A stretch of 64,000 bases of DNA from an uncultured Leptospirales bacterium (GTDB taxonomy: Bacteria > Spirochaetota > UBA4802 > UBA5550), in the NCBI GenBank assembly GCA_964450405.1, contig CAYVCQ010000019.1, positions 30,558-94,557 on the forward strand. The letters are read 5' to 3'. Within the stretch, counting starts at the first letter, position 1, and every line of letters begins with the position of its first letter. Of this stretch, positions 10,008-18,463 are shown piece by piece. The notes beneath the pieces are model-generated. The model worked only from the letters and a program-made list of their open reading frames with translations, had not been told where the DNA came from and searched no databases. The translations under genes were made by a program, and so were the position numbers.

Positions 10008-10793
10008 TCAGTAATTTACAGCCTCGATCAATGCCTCTATTATTTTCTTATAGTCCGGTTCTTTATCTACTCCGCAAAGTTCAAATGTTATTCCCATCAC
10101 TTTGTAATCAAGAGATGATTTAAAACTTCCAAGAGATCCAGGCGTAAGATATCCTATATCATAAGATATGGGGATTCCTGTTATCTCTGACATTTTCTGT
10201 AGAAGTTCAGCTGGAACTTTGTCGTCGGGATAAATTGTGTTGAACGGCTGGTGCATCTGTATTATCAGGTCAGGTCTGTAGTCTTCAATAGCATTTGCAG
10301 TCAGAACGGTTTCAGGTTCCGACGCAGGGAGCTTTCCGGGATTGTTGTAGAACTTTACATATTCAGGCGTCCATGTGGTGCTCGGGAAGTTCCGGTTAAG
10401 GTCGACCTTTCGGCCGTTTGTCCGTCTTCCGGTGATAAGTCCGTCGGGATTGAGGCATGGGATAATAAGTACACGGTTCTTTATTGATGAAGGATTCTTT
10501 TTGATGTATTGTGCAAACTTCAGTGCCGAGATAAAACCTGAAGGTTCATCTCCGTGCATCCCTCCGATAATCATTGTGAGCTTTTTACCTGAACCGAATT
10601 CCTTATAGTAAATTCTGTTATTCCAGTTTGATCTTCCAAGAACTTTCCACTTGATATTTGAGGAGGGGAGTCCCCGGTATGTGATTATTGCTTTTTTTAA
10701 AATTGCGTTCTGTTTTTTATATGAAATAGCCATGGAGTCGTTAATAACTAAACAGCAGAGGGTCAGAGCAAGGGTTAAGTTTTTTATATTCAT
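10008..10793 (-). CDS. M14 family zinc carboxypeptidase / murein peptide amidase A (MpaA)-like
   Basis: GMHGDE, NPDG, RTN..VDLNRNFP, SEPET, HQP and ITFEL motifs; signal peptide. Confidence 0.85.
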   Translation of the reverse strand: MNIKNLTLALTLCCLVINDSMAISYKKQNAILKKAIITYRGLPSSNIKWKVLGRSNWNNRIYYKEFGSGKKLTMIIGGMHGDEPSGFISALKFAQYIKKNPSSIKNRVLIIPCLNPDGLITGRRTNGRKVDLNRNFPSTTWTPEYVKFYNNPGKLPASEPETVLTANAIEDYRPDLIIQMHQPFNTIYPDDKVPAELLQKMSEITGIPISYDIGYLTPGSLGSFKSSLDYKVMGITFELCGVDKEPDYKKIIEALIEAVNY

Positions 10794-10874
10794 AATTTTT
10801 AATCGGAGTCCTGCAGGAATAATTTATTCTTTTTTCTGTTTACAAAAGAAAGATGATTTAAAAATGATAGATAA

Positions 10875-11152
10875 ATGAAATCCTTTGCAATCACTTTTTA
10901 CAACAGCTCTCAAACACTGGGGGGACTTATACCCTAGGCACCCTGAATCCTCCGGATGGGAACTTCTCCGACCGGTATTAGATTCAGATAATGATGCGGG
11001 TACAAGTCAGATCACTCGAGGTGGACTTATGTTATTTATGTTGGTTGAATGACGGATGAGTTATATGATTTAGAGGGGCAAGGGGCGGCAGCCCCTTAAA
11101 AGCTCCCCGCAGGGGCACCTGCGGCTGGCGGGACGGAGTTCCCGCAGCTGCC
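10875..11152 (+). ncRNA. Candidate structured RNA/leader containing a 20-codon uORF (unassigned)
   Basis: Nested pairings 10924-10934/10998-11008 and 10943-10949/10981-10987; three GC-rich hairpins at ~11080-11152. Confidence 0.35.
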
Positions 11153-11173
11153 ATAAATATACAGGAAAATGTT

Positions 11174-11704
11174 ATGAATGAAATGAAATCAATTCAGTTG
11201 TACAAATCTCTCATAGAAAAACTGAATGCACATGAACTGAAACTTATCAATAAATACGGTGAATATATAAGCTGCATAAAAGGGTGCGACCAGTGCTGTA
11301 TACTTGAGAGCGTATTCCCGATAGATGCATTTGCAATATACAATGCCGTAGAATCGGGAGAGATAGATAATGAAACATTAAACTTCGATGAAACTCCTCG
11401 AAAGTGTGTATTCCTGAATGATGGGCTCTGTTCCATATACTCCGCAAGACCTGTTATCTGCAGAACTCATGGTTATCCTGTACTGGTTGACGGCAAGGCT
11501 GATTTCTGTCCGGAAAACTTTAAGGATCTTAAAACAATCGATTCGGAATTTATACTTGATCTGGAAAATCTGAACAAGGCCCTTGCCTCGATAAACATTA
11601 TCTTTCAGCGGGAGATTGAAGAGGGGGAATTGTTTCTTAAAGAGCGCATTACTCTGAAGGAGCTGAAGGAGTATATAATGGAGATTTTTGATTACCGCAG
11701 ATAA
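11174..11704 (+). CDS. YkgJ family cysteine-cluster protein
   Basis: CxxGCxxCC, CVFL..GLCSIY..RP.ICR.HG. Confidence 0.85.
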   Translation: MNEMKSIQLYKSLIEKLNAHELKLINKYGEYISCIKGCDQCCILESVFPIDAFAIYNAVESGEIDNETLNFDETPRKCVFLNDGLCSIYSARPVICRTHGYPVLVDGKADFCPENFKDLKTIDSEFILDLENLNKALASINIIFQREIEEGELFLKERITLKELKEYIMEIFDYRR

Positions 11705-11706
11705 AT

Positions 11707-11812
11707 TGTCTGAACCCTGATTTACTAGATTAAAAGATTATTATGATATGGAAGAAGTAAATATTTTATAAATCTTGTAAATCCTTTAATCCTGCGAATC
11801 AAGGTTCAGACA
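11707..11812. repeat. ~105 bp MITE/REP-like palindrome, family F
   Basis: TGTCTGAACC...GGTTCAGACA termini with internal GATT/AATC arrays; further copies at 59173, 59757 and 62797. Confidence 0.8.
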
Positions 11813-11843
11813 GGTAATTCAATTTCTCCTCAAATAAAAAACA

Positions 11844-11871
11844 TTGACAAATAACAGATAGTGATTAATTT
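11844..11871 (+). promoter_or_regulatory. Putative sigma70 promoter of the cbi operon
   Basis: TTGACA at 11844-11849 and AT-rich -10 (TAATTT) just before the riboswitch. Confidence 0.5.
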
Positions 11872-11880
11872 GTAATCAGA

Positions 11881-11970
11881 TTTCAGGAGGAAGTCGGGTG
11901 TAAATCCCGCGCTGTGCCGCAACTGTGATGCTGCCTTAAGGCAGATGAGCCAGATCTTCCTTTAACTGTA
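11881..11970 (+). ncRNA. Cobalamin riboswitch, short form lacking the P8-P12 extension
   Basis: GGAAG-TCGGGTGTAAATCCCG, GCTGTGCCGCAACTGT and GAGCCAGA core elements upstream of cbiX. Confidence 0.85.
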
Positions 11971-12024
11971 ATTCCCCGGGTGAAGGGAGACGGTTTTCAT
12001 ACACTGGATATTCCATTTATATTG

Positions 12025-12108
12025 AAAACACGCCTTGCGTGTTTTTTTAGTTTTAAAAGAATTCCATACGTCAGTAATCCCCGGGCCTTAAGGTTGCGGG
12101 GATTTTTT
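12025..12108 (+). terminator. Two tandem intrinsic terminators (riboswitch expression platform)
   Basis: AAAACACGC-ctt-GCGTGTTTT+T run at 12025-12048; AATCCCCG...CGGGGATT+T run at 12076-12108. Confidence 0.7.
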
Positions 12109-12133
12109 ATTTGTTTATCTGTATGGAGGAAAA

Positions 12134-12502
12134 ATGGAAAGAGGATTACTTATAGTCGGTCATGGCAGCAGGTCTGCAGATGCTGTTGATGTATTCAGAC
12201 GTATCGTTGATGATGTACGCAAAAAATGCAGCTTTGAGTTTGTCGAAGGTGCACATATGGAACTGGCCGAGCCAGGTATTGAAGAAACGGTAAAACTCCT
12301 TGCTGATAAAAAAGTAAAAGAGATAATTATAGCTCCCTACTTTCTTTATGAGGGTATGCATTTAAAAAAAGACATTCCTGACATCATATCGAAACTGGTT
12401 GAGGAGTATCCCGATATAGATTTCAAAATGGCTAAGCCCATAGGCTTTGAGCCTTTGATGGCAGATCTATTGCTGAAGCGTGTAAGTGAGATAGAATTGT
12501 AG
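12134..12502 (+). CDS. cbiX: Sirohydrochlorin cobaltochelatase, short single-domain CbiX(S)
   Basis: VGHGSR, MELAEP, PYFLYEGMHLKKDIP; GGAGG SD. Confidence 0.9.
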   Translation: MERGLLIVGHGSRSADAVDVFRRIVDDVRKKCSFEFVEGAHMELAEPGIEETVKLLADKKVKEIIIAPYFLYEGMHLKKDIPDIISKLVEEYPDIDFKMAKPIGFEPLMADLLLKRVSEIEL

Positions 12503-12515
12503 TAGTGGCCGATAT

Positions 12516-13913
12516 ATGAAAAAAATAATCATAGCCGGTATCAGCAGCGGTGCAGGTAAAACCACAGTAAGCGAAGCTCTCATGAAAGTGTTTACATTGC
12601 GGGGGATGAAGGTCGCTCCATTCAAAACCGGTCCCGATTATATCGATCCGAAGTTTCATGAATTTGTAACCGGGGAAAATTCTCATAATCTTGACAGCTG
12701 GATGATTGATGAAGATACAGTCCGTTATTTATTCTATAAAAATTCACGCGGCGCTGATATTGCAGTCATTGAAGGAGTTATGGGTTTATTTGACGGATGC
12801 GGAACCGGTGACTCCGGAAGCACAGCTCATATTGCACGGATAACCGGCTCCCAAGTAATTCTTGTTGCCGACGCGAAGGGGATGTCGAGAAGCATCGCCG
12901 CAGTGATAAACGGATTCTGTTCTTTTGATCCGTCAATTAATATAAAAGGCATTATTCTTAACAGGGTCTCCGGTGAAAGACATTATAACCTTCTTAAAAG
13001 AATTATCGAAGAGAACTGCCATGTAAAATGTTTCGGCTATATGCCATCGGACTCCGGTGTTTCCCTTGAGAGCAGACATCTTGGACTGATCCCGGCAGAT
13101 GAGTTGTCGGGACTTTCCGTAAAGGTAAACCGTATGGCTGAACTTGCCTCTGCAAGTATAGATATTGACGGCATACTTCGTGCAGCATCGGAGGACGACT
13201 CTTTCTGTGATACTCCGGAGAAGATTAAAAGTCTGAACGCCGCCGGGAAGGGTTTGAGAATCGGTATAGCAATGGATAAAGCATTCAGTTTCTATTACAG
13301 GGACAATCTCGCACTTATGGAGGAGGCAGGGATTGAACTGGTAAAGTTTAGTCCAATCTCCGATAGCAGACTTCCGGATTGTCTTGATGGAATTTATCTT
13401 GGCGGCGGCTATCCTGAAGTTTTTGCATCTGAGCTGTCGGAAAACAGAACAATGCTTTGTGATATTAAAGAAAAATGCATGAACGGATTGCCGGTTTACG
13501 CTGAGTGTGGCGGACTGATCTATCTCACATCGGGTATCACTGATCATAAGGGTTCGTTTTTTCCGCTGGTTGATTTTTTCGGCAACAGGTCTGTGATGAC
13601 AGAAAAACTTCAGCGGTTCGGTTATGTAAACATCTGCTATGATGGAATTTCTCTTAGGGGGCATGAGTTTCATCACAGCGTTCTCGAGGGAGTTGACGAT
13701 GAAGCAGTTAGTAAGTATAGTGTCACAAAAGAATCGACTGGTGATAACTGGACGTGTGGATTGAGGAAACTCAATGTTCTCGCGGGATATCCTCACATAC
13801 ATTTTTATTCCAATCCGGAATTTTTAATGAAGCTGATTGAAATGTTTAAGGATTATAAAAACAGCAGCCCCCTAAATCCCCCGGAGGGGGACTTGAATAA
13901 TTTTGTTGTTTGA
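12516..13913 (+). CDS. cbiA: Cobyrinate a,c-diamide synthase
   Basis: SGAGKTT, FKTGPDYID, IEGVMGLFDG, SRHLGL, AECGG. Confidence 0.95.
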   Translation: MKKIIIAGISSGAGKTTVSEALMKVFTLRGMKVAPFKTGPDYIDPKFHEFVTGENSHNLDSWMIDEDTVRYLFYKNSRGADIAVIEGVMGLFDGCGTGDSGSTAHIARITGSQVILVADAKGMSRSIAAVINGFCSFDPSINIKGIILNRVSGERHYNLLKRIIEENCHVKCFGYMPSDSGVSLESRHLGLIPADELSGLSVKVNRMAELASASIDIDGILRAASEDDSFCDTPEKIKSLNAAGKGLRIGIAMDKAFSFYYRDNLALMEEAGIELVKFSPISDSRLPDCLDGIYLGGGYPEVFASELSENRTMLCDIKEKCMNGLPVYAECGGLIYLTSGITDHKGSFFPLVDFFGNRSVMTEKLQRFGYVNICYDGISLRGHEFHHSVLEGVDDEAVSKYSVTKESTGDNWTCGLRKLNVLAGYPHIHFYSNPEFLMKLIEMFKDYKNSSPLNPPEGDLNNFVV

Positions 13914-13979
13914 GATATTTTATGTTTAAACTTAAGTTTGTACGGGATATCTTTGCCCCCTCCGGGGGTGCGGGGGCCG
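13867..13979. repeat. Inverted REP-like doublet, family B, overlapping the cbiA 3' end
   Basis: GCCCCCTAAATCCCCCGGAGGGGGAC and inverted TGCCCCCTCCGGGGGTGCGGGGGCC. Confidence 0.8.
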
Positions 13980-14031
13980 GAAGTTCGGGAATGAATATGT
14001 TTCCAATGATTAGTAAAAAGAGGAGAACGTA

Positions 14032-14646
14032 ATGATAACTGATCCGTCGCTTATTGAAAAAAAAAGTTTTGAAATAATAGATAGTGAAATTAAGACGAAA
14101 ATTGACGACGAATATAAACCGCTTATTTACCGTATAATACATACAACTGCAGATTTTGAATATGCGGATATTACAGAAATTCAACCCGACGCACTAAGAC
14201 GCGGAATGGTCGCATTAAGTTCAGGATGCAGAATTTATTCAGATACGAATATGATTCAGGCTGGAGTAAATAAAAATCTTTTATTGAAAAATCAATGTGA
14301 AGTATATACATATATAGCAGATAGTCAAACTGCTGAAGAGGCAAAGACCAGAGGTGTAACGCGCTCAATTGTAGGCATGGAGAGAGCCTGCAGAGATAGC
14401 GGGACTAAAATATTTATAATTGGAAACGCTCCCACGGCACTGAGTGTTCTTTCAGGCTGTATTAAATCCGGGGATGTTTTCCCGGAGCTTGTAATAGGTG
14501 TTCCTGTGGGATTTGTCGGTGCTGCTGAATCTAAAGAGGAACTGAGAGAGTTGGATGTGCCGTATATAATAACCAGAGGCAGGAAAGGGGGGAGCACAGT
14601 CGCCGTTGCGATTCTTAATTCGATCCTTTTGATGATGAACAGGTGA
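14032..14646 (+). CDS. cbiC: Cobalt-precorrin-8 methylmutase
   Basis: IEKKSF, RIIHTTAD, IGNAPTAL, PVGFVGAAESK, GRKGGS. Confidence 0.95.
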   Translation: MITDPSLIEKKSFEIIDSEIKTKIDDEYKPLIYRIIHTTADFEYADITEIQPDALRRGMVALSSGCRIYSDTNMIQAGVNKNLLLKNQCEVYTYIADSQTAEEAKTRGVTRSIVGMERACRDSGTKIFIIGNAPTALSVLSGCIKSGDVFPELVIGVPVGFVGAAESKEELRELDVPYIITRGRKGGSTVAVAILNSILLMMNR

Positions 14647-14656
14647 TGAAAATATA

Positions 14657-15769
14657 ATGGAAAGGTTTACTGTAAAAAACGGCAGGAGGTTAAGGCTGGG
14701 TTACACAACCGGTTCATGTGCTGCAGCAGCTGCGAAGGGTGCTGCGGATCTGCTGTTTTCAGGTAAACGTTCTGAGTCCGTTTCAATTGATACACCTGCG
14801 GGGGTAAAACTTGAACTTGATATTTTAGATATGGAGTTATCCGGAATATATGCGGAATGTTCAGTAATTAAAGATGCAGGTGATGATCCGGATATTACTG
14901 ATGGAATAAAAATTACAGCAAGGGCGGAATTAATTGCTGATGATATAGTTGATGTTTGCGGAGGAACTGGAATCGGTGTTGTTACGCGGAAGGGTCTCTC
15001 TGTTGCAGCGGGGAATGCCGCGATAAATCCGGAACCAATGAAGATGATTATAAGTGAAGTAAATAGTGTGCGTCCTTCGGGGAGAGGTGTGCGGATTACA
15101 ATTTCTGCACCGGAAGGAGTTGAGATTGCGAAGAAAACTTTTAATCCAAGACTTGGAATTGAAGGGGGAATCTCGATACTTGGAACAACGGGGATTGTTG
15201 AGCCGATGTCCAATGATGCGGCGAAAGAGTCTATTTCTCTGGAGATATCAATGATGAAAGAGAATGGATATGATTCTGCTGTATTTGTGCCGGGAAGATA
15301 CGGAAAAGTTTTTGCCACGGAGTCTTGCGGGATTTCAGAGAACAGAATTATATCAATAGGGAATTACGCAGGATATATGCTGGAGCAGGCGAAATATTTC
15401 GGGATGAAAAATATTCTTTTAGTGGGACATACCGGGAAGCTGATAAAAATTGCAGGGGGTAATTTTGATATGCACAGCAGAGTCTCCGACGCGAAGTTCG
15501 AGATTATTGCCGCGAACTATATACTGCTTGGCGGTGAGCCTGAAACTGCGGTAAATATAATGAATTGTAAAACAACAGAAGAGGCTCTTGAATATATTGA
15601 TATTGATGATTTCTATCCGCATATATGCCGAAGGATAAGAGAGAGATGCATTGAGCATGTCCATGAAGCGATGAATATTGAGGTTGTGATTTTCTCCATG
15701 GAGAGAGGGCTCCTGGCACAGACATCGGGTGCAGAAAATCTGATTGTAGAGATGAGGATCGATAGATGA
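14657..15769 (+). CDS. cbiD: Cobalt-precorrin-5B C1-methyltransferase
   Basis: GYTTGSCAAAA, KDAGDDPDIT, TFNPRLGIEGGISILGTTGIV. Confidence 0.95.
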   Translation: MERFTVKNGRRLRLGYTTGSCAAAAAKGAADLLFSGKRSESVSIDTPAGVKLELDILDMELSGIYAECSVIKDAGDDPDITDGIKITARAELIADDIVDVCGGTGIGVVTRKGLSVAAGNAAINPEPMKMIISEVNSVRPSGRGVRITISAPEGVEIAKKTFNPRLGIEGGISILGTTGIVEPMSNDAAKESISLEISMMKENGYDSAVFVPGRYGKVFATESCGISENRIISIGNYAGYMLEQAKYFGMKNILLVGHTGKLIKIAGGNFDMHSRVSDAKFEIIAANYILLGGEPETAVNIMNCKTTEEALEYIDIDDFYPHICRRIRERCIEHVHEAMNIEVVIFSMERGLLAQTSGAENLIVEMRIDR

Positions 15770-16404
15770 ATCGTTTAAATGTCGTTGGCATTGGCCCGGG
15801 GAGTCCTGAATATATAACTCCTGCAGCAGTAAAAGTTATTAATGAAAGTGATGTTATAATCGGCGGAACCAGAAACCTCGGAGCCCTGGACCTTATTACG
15901 GGTTTGAATATATCCGGAACTGAGAAATATGATATCACCGGCCGGCTTGATGAAACGAAGGAGTTTATACTCAGATCAATTAAGAATAATAGAGTTACTG
16001 TAATCGCTTCCGGCGATCCCGGTTTCTACGGTATACTGGGATTTCTTAAAAAATTTATGAAGGCGGACGAGCTTAACGTTGTTCCGGGGATCAGTTCAGT
16101 GCAGTATATCTCCGCGAAGCTCGGCATGACATGGGAGTCTCTTCAAATGGGGAGTCTCCATGGGAGAGATGAGAATATTGTCGCACTTGTTTCCGGCGGC
16201 GGTGCTGCATTTCTTACTGACGGAAGGTCGGAAATTTCAGATATTGCACGTGTACTCAGCGAGTCCGGCTTTGGTGAACGGAAAATGTATGCAGGTTGTA
16301 ATCTCTCATATCCTGACGAGATAATACATTCCGGAACTGTAAATGATTTCCTGAATAAAGATATTGATAATTCTCTCTGTGTGGTGGTGATTGCCGATGA
16401 ATAA
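15766..16404 (+). CDS. cbiE: Cobalt-precorrin-7 C5-methyltransferase
   Basis: VGIGPG, ASGDPGFYG, PGISS, SLHGR, NLSYPDE. Confidence 0.9.
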   Translation: MNRLNVVGIGPGSPEYITPAAVKVINESDVIIGGTRNLGALDLITGLNISGTEKYDITGRLDETKEFILRSIKNNRVTVIASGDPGFYGILGFLKKFMKADELNVVPGISSVQYISAKLGMTWESLQMGSLHGRDENIVALVSGGGAAFLTDGRSEISDIARVLSESGFGERKMYAGCNLSYPDEIIHSGTVNDFLNKDIDNSLCVVVIADE

Positions 16405-16984
16405 AATTATAACACCCGGAATTCCCGATAGTATGTTTGAACGGGGTGATGTGCCTATAACAAAGGAAGAGATCCGGTCAATTGTGATTTCAAAACTTCG
16501 TCTTGCTGAAGACTCGAAGATTATAGATATTGGTGCCGGAACAGGATCTGTCACGGTTGAGTGCGCATTGATAGCAAAAAAAGGTGTAGTATACTCATGC
16601 GAAAGAAATGCGGAGGCGCTGAGTCTTATAAAAAGAAATGCAGAAAAATTCAAAATAGAAAATGTTGTAATAATAGAAGGCGAGGCGCCCGGTTCGCTAG
16701 AGAAGGCGGGGAGTTTTGACCGGGCCTTTATCGGCGGATCGGGGGGAAGCATCGGGCAGATTTTGGACTCGGTCCATTCTAAAATTGAAGTGGGAGGAAG
16801 AATAGTAGTCACTGCAGTAACCCTCAACACTCTTTTTGAAGCACGGACTTTTTTTAAGAATATGAAATATACTTGTGAGATTATTCAGGCATCTATAATA
16901 AGAGTAAATGAAACAGGGAATGTTTCGATGCTCAATGCGCTTAATCCGGTTTTTATTATCTCCGCAGAGAAAGGTACATTATGA
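16397..16984 (+). CDS. cbiT: Cobalt-precorrin-6B C15-methyltransferase (decarboxylating)
   Basis: GIPD..F, PITKEEIR, DIGAGTGSVTVE, FIGGSGG; ATG overlaps the cbiE stop. Confidence 0.9.
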   Translation: MNKIITPGIPDSMFERGDVPITKEEIRSIVISKLRLAEDSKIIDIGAGTGSVTVECALIAKKGVVYSCERNAEALSLIKRNAEKFKIENVVIIEGEAPGSLEKAGSFDRAFIGGSGGSIGQILDSVHSKIEVGGRIVVTAVTLNTLFEARTFFKNMKYTCEIIQASIIRVNETGNVSMLNALNPVFIISAEKGTL

Positions 16985-17706
16985 AAGGAAAACTATACGG
17001 CATCGGTACAGGTCCCGGTGATCCTGAACTTATTACAATGAAGGCTGTGAGGATACTCCGCAGCGCCGATGTTGTAATTGTTCCGAAGAGCGGAAGTGAT
17101 AAAGGGAGCATCGCTCTTGAGATTGCAGGTGTATATCTCGCGGAGGGCGTTGAAGTTGTTACTCTTACCTTTCCGATGATCCGTGATGAAAATGAGAAAA
17201 TTCAAAACCGCAGAGAGAATGCTGAAGTGATCCGTCTGCTGATTGAGTCAGGTAAAACGGCAGTATTTCTAACACTTGGAGATCCAATGCTGTACAGCAC
17301 TTATATCTATATGCTTGAGTTTCTTGCTGATTCAGGCGTTGAGATTGAAACTATACCAGGAATAACTTCTTTCTGCGCGTCTGCTGCAGCGGGGAATACA
17401 CCTCTGGCAAAGCAGAATGAGGAACTCCGGATTGTACCGCTTGGAAAAGATACTGATATCCACAAGCACCTGAAGTATGGAGAGAATATTGTATTCATGA
17501 AAGTATCCTCTGACAGTGTACGTCTGGCAGATGAACTGATCAAGGCTGACGGGCTTATTGAATGTGTCATAACCTCAAAATGCGGAAGGGATGGGGAGAG
17601 TATCAGCCGCGATATAAGTCTTCTTTATGAAGATGTTCCATACATGACAACCGTTCTGGTGAAGATAAAGAAGAAGAAAAAACATATGATGAAATGGTGT
17701 AAGTGA
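16981..17706 (+). CDS. cbiL: Cobalt-precorrin-2 C20-methyltransferase
   Basis: GIGTGPGDPELIT, FPM, TLGDPMLYST. Confidence 0.9.
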   Translation: MKGKLYGIGTGPGDPELITMKAVRILRSADVVIVPKSGSDKGSIALEIAGVYLAEGVEVVTLTFPMIRDENEKIQNRRENAEVIRLLIESGKTAVFLTLGDPMLYSTYIYMLEFLADSGVEIETIPGITSFCASAAAGNTPLAKQNEELRIVPLGKDTDIHKHLKYGENIVFMKVSSDSVRLADELIKADGLIECVITSKCGRDGESISRDISLLYEDVPYMTTVLVKIKKKKKHMMKWCK

Positions 17707-17707
17707 T

Positions 17708-18463
17708 ATGTGCAAAGTATATTTTATCGGCGCAGGCCCCGGTGATCCGGACCTGATCACAGTAAAAGGCAAAAGGATAATCGAACAGGCCGATACGATT
17801 ATATACGCCGGTTCGCTTGTGAATAAAGAGATTATAGAATGCAGAAAATCAGATGCGGAAGTTCACAATAGCGCATCAATGACTCTTGAAGAGGTTATTG
17901 ATGTTATAAAAAAGAAATCTCATTCAGATGCAGTTGTTGCCAGGGTACACACCGGAGACCCGTCGATATACGGGGCAATAAGGGAGCAGATTGACGAGCT
18001 TGTAAAACTTTCGATTCCATACGAGGTTATTCCCGGCGTAAGTTCCTTTACCGCTGCTGCCTCTGTGCTCGGAATGGAGTTCACACTTCCGGGAGTCTCC
18101 CAAACTGTTATATGTACTAGACTTGAGGGTAGGACGCCGGTTCCGGAAAGCGAGGATCTTGAACTGCTTGCATCTCATCGTGCTTCGATGGCGATATTTC
18201 TCTCTGTCCATATGATGGATGAAGTTGTAAAAAAACTTAAAGTACATTACGATGCTGAAACTCCTGTTGCTATTGTTCAGAGGGCAACGTGGCCCGATCA
18301 GAAAATAGTGATAGGGACCCTTGATAATATAAGAAAAAAAATTGAAGACGAGGATATTGATAAAACAGCAATGATTCTTGTGGGAGATTTTCTGGGTAAT
18401 GAATATAACAGGTCACTCCTCTATGATGGATCTTTTACGCATGGTTTCAGGAAAGGTCTGTGA
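17708..18463 (+). CDS. cbiF: Cobalt-precorrin-4 C11-methyltransferase
   Basis: GAGPGDPDLITVKG, YAGSLV, RVHTGDPSIYGAIREQ, SLLY..FTHGFR. Confidence 0.95.
   Translation: MCKVYFIGAGPGDPDLITVKGKRIIEQADTIIYAGSLVNKEIIECRKSDAEVHNSASMTLEEVIDVIKKKSHSDAVVARVHTGDPSIYGAIREQIDELVKLSIPYEVIPGVSSFTAAASVLGMEFTLPGVSQTVICTRLEGRTPVPESEDLELLASHRASMAIFLSVHMMDEVVKKLKVHYDAETPVAIVQRATWPDQKIVIGTLDNIRKKIEDEDIDKTAMILVGDFLGNEYNRSLLYDGSFTHGFRKGL

Noticed and set aside
9890-10123. Short ORFs crossing repeats (also 52993-53310, 54483-54725, 48488-48685)
   Set aside because: They arise from GC-rich palindromic repeats and overlap real genes on the opposite strand
10915-11010. TPP riboswitch, tmRNA, SRP or RNase P RNA
   Set aside because: Diagnostic motifs (CTGAGA; tRNA-like ends; GGAAG-AGCAG loop; GAGGAAAGTCC) are absent
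11980-12189. 69-aa ORF before cbiX
   Set aside because: Overlaps the riboswitch terminators and the cbiX start out of frame
12933-13802. 289-aa antisense ORF within cbiA, and other long antisense ORFs such as 14701-15318 and 56863-57426
   Set aside because: They lie entirely opposite well-conserved genes and have no motifs; shadow ORFs
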